Origin: Spironucleus salmonicida
Lineage: Eukaryota
NCBI RefSeq assembly: GCF_000497125.1
Contig: NC_090599.1
Span: forward strand, 620,001 to 684,000
Direction: 5' to 3'
Length of the DNA stretch: 64,000 nucleotides
Shown: positions 1 through 10,506 of the stretch, piece after piece
Layout of the letters: the number at the start of each line of letters is the position of its first letter
How positions within the stretch are numbered: the first letter of the stretch is position 1
Position numbers and translations under genes: made by a program
Notes under the pieces: model-generated
The model's database searches: none
What the model was told of the DNA's origin: nothing
The model's input: the letters and a program-made list of their open reading frames with translations, nothing else

Positions 1-497
1 TATAACAATTTAGTTGTTTCATGGCATTCTTAAACAAAAAATTTCTAATCAAAATGGGTTTGGTTATATAACTACGTCATAATTTAGGTTGCGATATTTA
101 AAACATAATTTACATTGCTAAAAAACTTTGAAAGCGATAACTCTAATGGTATATACTCAATATCGGTGCTAGTTACCAAATTTATATCTGCAACTTCAAC
201 ATAGCATGTAAATATTACTTCAAATATATCAGTTAATCCTTAATAATATAGCGATGATTTAACAGGTGATAAGGAAAGTATATGTATAAAAAATGATTCA
301 AAAACACTTTAAATACTTCGAGAACTAATATTAGGATGAATACTTCTTAGATACTGCAAAGATCTAAGACAATCTTTATGGATTTTGTCATAAAGTTGTT
401 TTGCCGAATCTTTAAACTCTGCAATTGAAATTTCTGGAAATTCAGTATCAGACTCACGATAATTTTTGCTAAAATAATCTTTAAGCTTGTTGAACAT
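1..497 (-). CDS. Hypothetical protein, runs off the window start (3' partial)
   Basis: ATG at 497 (MFNKLKDYFSKNYRESD...). The frame stays free of TGA to position 1 when TAA/TAG are read as Gln. Confidence 0.6.
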
Positions 498-924
498 TAT
501 ATAATTATTCACTAGTTATAGTTATATAATATAATATTAATATTAAACGATAAAATAATACATTACATATACTGATAAAGATACTTATGAAACATACTAA
601 AAGTTTCATAAAGAAGTGTAAAATAGAGTTTTAATTAAAAATAACAATCTAGATTTGCCGGACCTACTGTATTATAACAAGATAAATTAGTTTGATCTGA
701 TTTTTATAAGAAATTTTCAATAACAATGTATAATTTTGTGTTTATAGGTAAAAGCAACCTAGCTAATTAAGTTAGTTTTAATAAAGGAATTTGATTCTTA
801 GGTGTAAGGTTTAATTTTGAAACTATAAAGTACTATTAACTACAAAATTGTTGATATCACGAACAATATAAAAGAAGGATAGAAATGCCAAATAAAGGAA
901 ATATAACAGATAATTGAAGAAATT

Positions 925-980
925 AACAAAACTCAGTTAGCAGGGGCTCGCGCTTATCCTGCCCACATCACAGCTTCAGT
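925..980 (-). promoter_or_regulatory. SECIS element (GUGA core, type II) of the SelW-like gene
   Basis: Minus strand reads GTGAT-GTGGGCAGG-ATAA-GC-GCGA-GC-CCCTGCTAAC-TGAG: UGAN/NGAN quartet, paired helix II, unpaired AA and a mini-stem with a GNRA loop, just downstream of the stop codon. Confidence 0.85.
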
Positions 981-988
981 TTACATTT

Positions 989-1216
989 TCATGCCCCAAG
1001 CGCCTCTATAGCCGCCAGTACCGCGGGGGGACTGGGATAGGAGCCCTCCTTTGCTTTGGAGAAGACGAGGGTTCCGTTGGCGAAGACCTCGAAGTCGCCC
1101 AGAGCACCATACTCGAAGACAGCCTCGACACCAAGCTTTCCTTTGAGGAACGCTTGGAGACCTTTGAAGCGGGGCATGGAGCCTCAGGACTAACACATCA
1201 CGACCTTGATTTCCAT
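989..1216 (-). CDS. SELENOW: Selenoprotein W / Rdx-family protein, 75 aa, Sec at codon 11
   Basis: MEIKVVMC-Q(TAG)-S-U(TGA 1184-1186)-GSMPRF...GDFEVFANGTLVFSKAKEGSYPSPPAVLAAI. The CxxU motif plus the GxFEV...LVFSK...P Rdx signature are present, with a downstream SECIS. Confidence 0.92.
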
Positions 1217-1221
1217 GTGAA

Positions 1222-1241
1222 GGAGTGGAGATTCGGAGTGG
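1222..1241 (-). promoter_or_regulatory. C-rich upstream motif (CCACTCC twice)
   Basis: CCACTCC occurs twice within 25 nt of the SelW ATG. The same motif lies upstream of the ATGs at 35468 and 48841. Confidence 0.55.
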
Positions 1242-1808
1242 GATGGTTTTGTATAGTAACAAGTTAATATTATACATAATAAAATTATTGATAACAATTA
1301 GTAATGTTTTGTTTTTCTTAATATATAATAAGCTTATATTTCGTCTTAATGTGTATGTTTAACTTTATCAGTTTAAAATCAAGCAAATAATAACCGTCTA
1401 AAATATAAATTCTAAAAAGCCTGTAAGCTACTTCTGGACTTACATTATACTTAACTAACTTTAGTCGAAATAGCCTAATAATTATATCTGCGTTAAATTT
1501 TTTTATTAAAATTGATTATTTTTATTTTAGATGAATTAACTTCAATTATAGATAAATTTTTACATTAAATCAAAATTTATTTATAAAATTTACCAGTAGG
1601 CATTATATACCATATGTAAATTTTCGCTCTCTGCAAACCATTAACTTTTTATTGTCTTAATAAACTTTTGAGCTCTAACTATCATTATCATTATATATCG
1701 TAATTAAGACAATTTATTCAAAACCCAGCAATCCCATTAACTATATTATTATATATATTAACTTATAATTCGATTCCCTTTCTAATTTATTGAAATTTCC
1801 CTTTCACA

Positions 1809-3455
1809 ATGCAGTAATAACAGCACCCCTAAATATCAAACAACACCCAGTTTGTTGGTGTCACCTAGGACGAATCTGGCCGCCCTCTGTACATTATCAG
1901 AGACTAGGGCTAGAAATCCCGTAATCGAGGAATTGCAGCGCACAAAGCCAACATCGCAGTCGCACGTGCTCTCTCGTCCACCCTGCAAACGTCTTTAGGC
2001 CCCCGTGGAATGGACAAAATCTTGCAGTCACAGGACTACGAGCTTACGATCACCAACGACGGTGCCACTATTCTGGACAAGATGGAGGTAGAAAATCACG
2101 TGGCGAAGCTCTTAGTCGACCTCTCGAAGTGCTAGGACAACGAAATCGGCGACGGCACCACCGGCGTCGTCGTTATCGCCGGAGCGCTCCTCGAATAGGC
2201 CGAAACGCTCCTGGATAAGGGAATCCACCCGATCCGTATCTCCGAGGGCTACGAGCAGGCCTGCGACATTGCCATCAAGGAACTCGAAAAAATAGCCATT
2301 CTGAACCAAGTTTCGCGCGACAAACTCATCAAATCGGCCAAAACGTCGCTCGGCAGCAAAATCATCAACAGGCACCACGACCACATGTCCGAACTCGCCG
2401 TAGACGCCGTTTTGACCGTAAAAGACGCCCGCGGAGACGTCGATTTCGACCTCATCAAAATAAAGACAAAAATCGGTGGAAAATTAGAGGAAACGCAGCT
2501 CATCTCAGGCGTCGTTTTGGACCAAGATATGTCCCATTAAAACATGCAGAAGGACTTCACAAACGCGAAAATCGCGATTTTGACGTGTCCGTTTGAGCCT
2601 CCAAAGCCCAAAACGACGTACAAAATTGACATTGATTCAGCCGAAAAATACAACGAATTGTACAGACAGGAACAGTCGTTTTTCATCGATATGGTCGACA
2701 GGGTCAAAAAGAGTGGCGCGCAGGTCGTATTTTGCCAATGGGGATTCGACGACGAAGCCAATTCGCTGCTTCAGCAGGCCGGGATTTCTGCCGTTCGCTG
2801 GGCCAAAGGGGAGGATATTGAGGCCCTGGCAATCACCACGCAGGCCAGAATCGTGGCCAGATTCGAGGACCTTTCAGCCGACAAATTGGGCGTCGCTGCT
2901 TCTATTAAGGTCGAGAGCCTGGGGACCAGTTCGGACAAGGTTCTTATCGTCAAAGGCGAAAAATAGTCACTTTGCACGCTCTTTATCAGGGGTGGAAATG
3001 CACTCATTTTGGACGAGGCTGAGCGCTCCCTGCACGACGCAATGTGCGTCGTCAGGAACCTCGTTAGGGACCCGCGCGTCGTGTGCGGTGGCGGCGCTGC
3101 CGAAATCTACTGCTCGCTGAAGATTCTCGAGTTTTTGTCGCAGGGAACCGAGCAGTACGCGATGAGGGCGTTTTCGGAGGCGTTAGAGTCGATTCCTTTG
3201 AATTTGGCAAGAAATTCGGGGCTGAACCCGATTCAGTCGTTGGCAGACGCCAGAAAGCTCCAAAAGGAGCAGAACAGCGGCGTTTTCGGTATCAACTGCG
3301 TCGTCGGCAGCACCGGCGCCGGCGACATGAGGGAGCAAAGCGTGTTCGAGAGCTTTAACAGCAAGAGGCAGCAGTTGATGCTGGCCACACAGGTTGTCAG
3401 GATGATTCTGAAAATTGACGAGGTTATAGACGACAACGAGGGCATGTAGCAGTGA
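1809..3455 (+). CDS. CCT5: T-complex protein 1 subunit epsilon (CCT5), 548 aa
   Basis: [76 protein letters not shown]. One frame with internal TAA/TAG, ending CAG TGA. Confidence 0.97.
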
Positions 3456-3465
3456 CGTTTGTTTT

Positions 3466-4011
3466 TCACTTTTTCTTACCGTTTTTTGACTCGTACTGTG
3501 TGGTTCCCTTGACTGTGTATGCAACAAGCTGCAAAAACGTCATACTGACCCCTAAGAGTACGACGATGGATAAAACGACGTGCACCACCTCGCCTGGACC
3601 ACACTCGTTTTTAGACATCATGGCGTTGGATAGCACTATCAATAGTTAAATTGTATAGCATATTTCTAGTATTTGCATAGTAAGGTACAACAGTACGTTT
3701 TTTTACCCTATAGGGATTTGAAATAGTACGCAAAAGTGATCATATCTAGCGATGCAGTATCCCGCTCTTTGAGAGTGTTTCGACTGTTATGGAACCGTTA
3801 AATTACAGTGTGGACAATACTTAGATTGCGTTAAGGTTGTGTTTAACGTTATTCGAGGCTGAAACGTTACTATTTTTATATGGTAAAATGTTGTAATTGA
3901 ATATGTTGCTGTTATGAAGATTCTTTATAGAGGTTTTCCATGATAGAGACATATAAAAAGGGCGGAAAGATTAAAAACAAAAGGGAATGCTTTTAATGGA
4001 GAAATATCCAT
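3466..4011 (-). CDS. DHHC-family palmitoyltransferase-like membrane protein (DHFC variant), 181 aa
   Basis: KYCPHCNLTVPQQSKHSQRAGYCIARYDHFCVLFQIPIGQKN flanked by hydrophobic segments. Ends AAG TGA. Confidence 0.8.
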
Positions 4012-4259
4012 TTTAAGTAGTAGTCAAATGATAGATAATATGTTATATAAAGTATAATGAAAGAAAAAAGTAGGTAATACGTAACGTTTGGAAGTAGTAC
4101 TTTACAACGGGTAAAGTGAGTGAATTTATGATTAATGACATAACTCTAACATATTTTCATAGATGAAGTGAATAAAGAAGAATTTATTCATAAAACTTCA
4201 TCTATTAAAAAAAAAATAGAGTATAGAATAAATAATAAGCTCTGAGTGATAGCAAAAAA

Positions 4260-5558
4260 TCATAGGATTAGACTTTCTCCACCTTCTCTCTTTTTATTGC
4301 TAACAATACTTATACCACTGCTGAAATCTCTACTCTCGATATTTCTTCCACCTCTTCTCATGCAGGCCATACCAGCTTCATTACAGACGGCTTTTAACAT
4401 AGCTCCGCTAAATCCTTCACATTCTTTACCTATTTCACTTAAATTAACATCTTAACTTACTCTCATAGCAGCAGAATGTATTTATAGAATTTTAGTTCTA
4501 CCTTATAAATTAGGTGCTGAACATTCTATTTTTCTATCAAAACGATTAGAACGAACCAAAGCAGGATCTAAAACATCAACTCTGTTAGTAGATGCAATAA
4601 CTTTTATGAAAGGTGATGAAATAAAACCATCCATAAGGTTTAAAAGAGTCATCAGAGTACGAGCAACTTCTCTATCTGAACGCTACTCTGAATCCATACG
4701 ACGAGTACCAATAGCATCAATTTCATCAATATAAATTAATGCACCACGTTATTTAAGGTTATCTTGTTATTTAACTCCATTAACAGTACCAAAATCCACA
4801 TATTCTTTGGCCAAATCAAAGACTTCTTATAAAATATGGGAACCTTCGCCAATATAAACTTAGATGAGTTCAGTAGCACAAAGATTCAAAAAAATACAAT
4901 CTGCTGCGTTCGCAATACAACGAGCTATAAGAGTTTTGCCGACACCAGGAGGTCCATAAAGTAAAAGACCTCTAGAAGGTTTGATACCAACCTTTTCAAA
5001 TAGATCAGGGCGTCTGAAAGGTAAAAGAATTGCTTCGTCTACCTGTTTTAATATTGCATCCATACCACCAACTTAGTCAAATGTATCGGTAGGTTTTTCA
5101 GCCACTAGCATTTTTTTAACACGTGCATCGTAAAACGTAGGCAGTTTTTCATATATTAAAAATGTATCTCTGTTAACTGCTATTAAATCTCCAGGTTTAA
5201 GCTAATTTTATGGAACTAATCCTGATGAAGGGCAATAAATAGTTTAACGTGAGGATGTTTTTAATATAATTCCTGTGGTAATTTTACCATCATTTTCTAC
5301 ATCTACTATTTCAGAAACAGTAGATATAAGCATGGGGAGCTGCTTATTTTGATTTAGTCGCTTTTCAATATCTTTTTATTATTACTTTTGATTATCAACT
5401 GAAGCCCTTAATGACATTAATTCTCTTTTCTAAAATTAAATTGTTTATTATACATACTAAGTACGCTCTTTTAAAACTGTTGGTGGAAGTTGTAGGATTG
5501 ACTCATCAATTTTCTTTATCTCTTCAATAATTTGATCAAATGTAAGTTCTTCTGTCAT
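4260..5558 (-). CDS. RPT5: 26S proteasome AAA-ATPase regulatory subunit 6A (Rpt5), 432 aa
   Basis: [29 protein letters not shown], Walker A GPPGVGKT, Walker [49 protein letters not shown]. Confidence 0.93.
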
Positions 5559-5978
5559 TAGAGGTTACAGAAAATATGTAATTTTAAATAATTTTAATAT
5601 AATATTATTTATATAGCTAATTTCGAAATAGCGAGAATACCTATTTATTATTCACTTTACTATTAATTTATTATATGAAGGCTATTCAGAGGCAGTAATC
5701 ATACTAAATAAAGTTAATAATAATTTTGATAACTTTTAATAAGTGTTAATTTATAATATTTAAAAAATATTTAGTTTACTTGTGTAACGGCCGAACACAA
5801 CTAAAATATAGATATATCTAAATAAAATTAGACTATTTAGGTTTATATAAACCATTATTTATTATAATATTCTAGTTTTACCATCAGACTTGACGGATTT
5901 AATAAAAACAGCAAGTAAACCAATATATTTCATTTTTTGCCAATGTCTTTTAGTAAACATAAAAATCGAATCATATCA

Positions 5979-8072
5979 TCAATGTGTAGTACCCAAGAGT
6001 TTTCCTAGCCCTTTATTTAAAATATCACTGAGTTTACTAACACCTTATACATCTAAAAACTTACCTATTTCATTTGTTTTTTCATTTAATTCTAGAGTTA
6101 AACTTAAATCTCTGAAATTATAGAGTTTTTTACCATTTTCTTAGCAATACTGTTACATTTCTGCAGATGATAGGAACACAAATTTTGAGTACTTATTTTA
6201 TTGAAAATTTATATTTTTAATAGGTCTTCCAGATAATTTCTTTAAAACTGTTTAGAAATGGTTTAGAAGAATTAAATTATAATAAGAATTGGTTTCACCT
6301 TTATTAAGTTTAGCTTCTAGTAAAAATGGACAGAAAGGTAATGTTTCTAAATGAGAGTTATTAAGTGGTAATATTGGTATATTGTTGTGTAATAATACTA
6401 ACTAAGAAAATTCAATTAGTTCTGAAATTTCTGTCCAATTTTCTATTGAAAAATTAACAGAGTTTTCAACTTTAAACCCAAAGTTTTCGGTTGGCTCGAA
6501 AACATAATTTAGCATAACTAATAAAGAAAATGCAAGCTCATACTAATTATTTAATGTAAGATATGATAAAAATTCCTAATGTGGTGAGTCTTTTTATAAA
6601 ATATCAAGAAATTAATCTGTATACAAATTAGTTTATTTTATATTGTTAATAATATTATTAGCTATAGTTTACTAAACAGGCAGATTATTAATGACTGCTG
6701 TAGCTAAAGCTTTGTCAAGTTAATTATGTTTTATATAATTATTTATATCACAAAACTATGTCCCAAACTAAACCTACTGCTAGATTAACTAAAATATTAT
6801 CGATTTATCGCCCAGACGATAAAGAATTGCAGCATAAAAAAGTTAAGAAATACCTTAATTTTATACATTAAGCTTACAGTGATCTATTACTTATTGCAGT
6901 TAAGAAATTTGATACAATGGAAACAAACTGGATAATTTACTTGTTCCAGAAGTTTAATTAATAATATGATTTGGAATAACAATAGAAGAAGTTTATTATT
7001 ATTAAGGAATGAAGACGTTTTATTAAATACTTTATGACAGTGTTGGAGGTTACTAAAGCTAGTTTTATGCTTAATATACCTAAACAGGAATTGGAGGTGG
7101 AACGAAAAACTAAGCTTATTAAGCATCAGATATTACGATAAGTTTCTACACAATCTGCTACTAAAGAATGTTTTATTTTATATCTTTAATCGGTGGTATT
7201 GATATTTGTTGTTCTTACTATTAAAATACTGGCTAATATGGATGTATTTTTTAATTCTCAGTTTTACTAAAGTTTTACTGAAATACAGGTGGAGGAATTG
7301 GAGGAGGAATGGAAGTTGAATTGGAAAATGAGTCATTGGTTAAATTTATGTTATCTGTATGTTTTTATTACGCGAAATATTATTAACTATCTCCTTATTA
7401 CGGCTGTTAAATCTGCATTTTACGTCTCCTTGTTTATGCTGTTGATGAAGTATTCGCAATTTCTGCACCAAAGAATAGTTCAGGTTCTGGATGATTAGCG
7501 TGTGTTTATTCTAATAAGCTAGGCGTGCAATTAGGAAAATCAATTTCAACGGATCTTTATCGCTAATGGGTGGGTAAATTTAGACTTGAACTAGAATGCT
7601 AGTTTTTTGGTACTATTTCACTATCAACTTATGTGTCAGCAATTTCATTGACCATATCAAAAAAAGATTCTGCTTAAGAAAAGTCATTTTGTTATTAGCT
7701 TTATTAAATAAATTAAGACTATACATTAAATTATTGATTATTTTCCGAGCCTACAGTGCTTTTTCTTCTCCTGTGCGATAATGGCTGTAGTTGGTTTAAC
7801 GGATCTTGGCTTGGTATTCTCATTTCTTCACTATTAAAAGGGGGAGGGGTCTAATTAAAAATAATTTCCTGTTACAAAGGAATATTCGGGATGCGCTATA
7901 CCTCAGCTACTGGTAATTATGGCGTAATTTATGTTGTCGACAAAGCTTACTGACTGATTACAGTAGAAATATTCAAACTATCTTATATCATCTACTAATC
8001 ATTAATTTGAGGTATTGGTGGTGTAGCAACCTGTTAAATATCGCCGGAAACTCTTCTTCTTCGAGACGTCAT
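5979..8072 (-). CDS. Pro/Gln-rich N-terminus with helical C-terminal domain, possibly Sec16-like, 697 aa
   Basis: Continuous TGA-free frame checked line by line. Low-complexity PPP/QQQ N-half, then NYIKHNQLDKALATAVINN and NWTEISELIEFSQL. Confidence 0.7.
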
Positions 8073-8210
8073 TTAATTATAAAATAAAAATCTAAATATT
8101 ATATCGTAATATAACCTAGTTAGTAGAGACCAAATTGACTTATTTTGTAAATGCTTACTATTCTAAATTTTATACTAAATTGCTTTAAATGATCATTGTC
8201 TATAATTTAA

Positions 8211-8264
8211 TCTCACTCAATCAGCAGGCCATTCCTGGTTTTCCTGCAAATTTCACTGCGAGAG
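8211..8264 (-). promoter_or_regulatory. SECIS element (GUGA core, type II) of the PITH selenoprotein gene
   Basis: Minus strand reads CTCTCGCA-GTGAA-ATTTGCAGG-AAAA-CCA-GGAA-TGG-CCTGCTGAT-TGAG-TGAGA: helix I, quartet, helix II, A-rich bulge and a GNRA-capped mini-stem. Confidence 0.88.
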
Positions 8265-8283
8265 TTCTCTCGTTAAAAACTGT

Positions 8284-8787
8284 TCAACCTCAGCATGGTG
8301 GCTTAAGGTTTTTCCCTCTTGTGTCCAAATCGTCTGAAAGCTTCCCAAGAAGCTCAATTCCATCAAATATGGTCTCCTCAGAGTCATCTTAATTTTCACT
8401 GAAAAATATAGAAAATTGACTGTTTGGTTTAAGCAAAGTGGAAGAGATCTTGAAGCTCGCAACGTCTTTCACATAATTCAAAGTTGCGGCTACCTTTGTA
8501 AGCTTGGCTGCATCGAATCCAACATGTCCATTAGAGATATATATCTGGGTAGGGCGTGCCTCTTCGTTGTGCGCAATCACGTTGATCTAAACAATTTTTG
8601 CGTTTCCAGGGAAGGTGATTTGGAGGAGCACTTCTGGGTCCGCATCTGACTTGATCTGCTTATTGCAAGATAGAATATCGCCAATGGAGGAGTTCGTGTT
8701 AAGCGCTGTGGATGACTGCACTAAAACCTTGTCATTTAGTAAGTTTTAGGTCATTAGAGGACAATAGAATTAATTAGGGTTTAGCAT
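8284..8787 (-). CDS. PITH-domain protein with predicted C-terminal Cys-Sec-Gly (selenoprotein), 167 aa
   Basis: IKSDADPEVLLQITFPGNAKIVQINV, RPTQIYI and SIFFSENQDDSEETIFDGIELLG match PITH motifs. Ends CCA CCA TGC TGA GGT TGA, followed by a SECIS. An alternative start is ATG at 8754. Confidence 0.85.
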
Positions 8788-8933
8788 ATAATAGTATATA
8801 CTTTAAAAAAATATAAGATCCGTAATTCGTATTAATTTCATATAATAATAAAAAATATTTGAGAACAGAATTACATTAAACAATAGTTAACCAAAACGTA
8901 ACGCTAACCTGAAGTTGAGTTAACTAAATGTAA

Positions 8934-9194
8934 TCAGAAGTAATCACAAATACGAATTGCCTTCATCTAGGATGCTTATGCATTTTGGCTGAGCTGATAA
9001 TCATAAAATTTGATCTTCTTTTTATATTAGCTAATAAGCTGAAGAATGTTAGATTAAAATATTGCACCTACCCCTAATTAGAAAGCATATTGATGTTTGA
9101 GATTTGAGAGCATATGCTGTAACTATAACTTCTTACAGAGCAAGTCATTATAGTTTTGCATACGCGCTTAAAGAAAAGGAAAGGTAAATATCAT
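8934..9194 (-). CDS. Small hypothetical protein, 86 aa
   Basis: ATG-to-TGA frame in table 6 (MIFTFPFLQARMQNY...ICDYF). No recognisable motif. Confidence 0.4.
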
Positions 9195-9320
9195 TTAAAA
9201 ATAACGTTATATTATATATAATATAATTTTATTGCTTTACAAAATTATTTTGTAGTTAATATTTTATTCTATATAATAATCCTATAATTTTTAATTCATT
9301 TCATTCCCACTTTAGCTTGA

Positions 9321-9944
9321 ATGGACTTTTCCTTCTCTAACGACGAAGTAGACAACAACGAGAAAGAAGACTGGGAAATAGAGGCAGAAAAAGCAATAGA
9401 GGCGAAAGAAGAGAAAAACACTCCCCAACAAATTATAGAAGAACCGGAGCTGGATAATGAAATAAAAGCACGCCAATAGCAGCTGTCGCGCGACTAACAC
9501 AACGCCAAAATTGCACAGAAGTTCATGGGCGATGTTTCGACCGACGAAGAAGCCGGCGACATCCAGAGAGACTACACGCTCGAAAACGACTTCATGGCCG
9601 GCGAGGTGAAAGTGGCGAAAAAGAATGTTTTTGACGTCAAATTAGACAGTTACGAGTCGTTCGACAGATTCGGTACGAAAATAGGAGCGGAATTCGAATA
9701 ATTCTACAGCAAAGGAATGGAAGTTCAGTACATCGGAATGTTCAAGAAGATGGTGGAGGCGGCTTTTGCGACGTTGCAGCCCGAACACATTTCCGCACTG
9801 GGAAAGTTCTGCTATGACACAGCAAACGCACAAATCAAATCCAAGAGCGGCAAAAAGGCAACTAAAAAACCGGCTGTGAAGAAGGCTCAAATCAATACGT
9901 ATGCGGCCAAACTTGGTGATGACGACGAGGATGATTTTATGTGA
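9321..9944 (+). CDS. EIF3J: Translation initiation factor eIF3 subunit J-like, 207 aa
   Basis: Acidic N-terminus with EDWE, Lys-rich C-terminal region, and the characteristic terminal DDDEDDFM. Confidence 0.8.
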
Positions 9945-10041
9945 GCGAGGAAATTTAAGAATTTTAATATTAATATATATTAATAATTATAATTATAAAA
10001 CAATATCTTTTTATATATATTATAATAATATTTTGGTGAAA

Positions 10042-10452
10042 ATGAAAAAAACGCACAAATTCAATTTCTCGCAGACAACCGACGCTGGCTGGGTAAAGAA
10101 GTAGTTTCAACTGAACGGAATCGATATATTAGACACTGAGTACGCGAAAATTCTCATAAACCCGCTCAAAAAGAAGCCCAAATAAGTAAATGAATTCGAA
10201 GCAAAACTGCAACAATATGACGAACTCAGAAGAAAAAATATTGTCAACCGAGCGAATGTAGATGACAATAAGTGCCTTATTCACCTAGACCCGTAAGTGT
10301 AATAGATAAATATAGACGATTTGACGTTTATGCCCCAGAAAAGGCAGAAATCAATGAAACAGCTCCCAACCTGCGCCATGCCCATCCAACTACCCAAAAA
10401 GCGCTCGTTGAAGAATTTTACAAAGCTGCAATCGATAAATTTTTCATAGTGA
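10042..10452 (+). CDS. Hypothetical protein, 136 aa
   Basis: AAAATG start, TGA-free frame, ends TAG TGA. Confidence 0.65.
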
Positions 10453-10506
10453 ATACTAGTTATTATATACTAAATAGCATATAATTAATTTTGCCCCACC
10501 TCTAAA

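Noticed and set aside
1809-5558. In-frame TAA/TAG interpreted as pseudogenisation or introns
   Set aside because: They fall at Gln-compatible positions in essential genes with intact frames, so code reassignment explains them and no introns are needed.
5800-5981. Tandem TGA TGA at the end of the 697-aa gene followed by an open frame
   Set aside because: No SECIS-like hairpin seen downstream. Open frames are common when only one stop codon exists.
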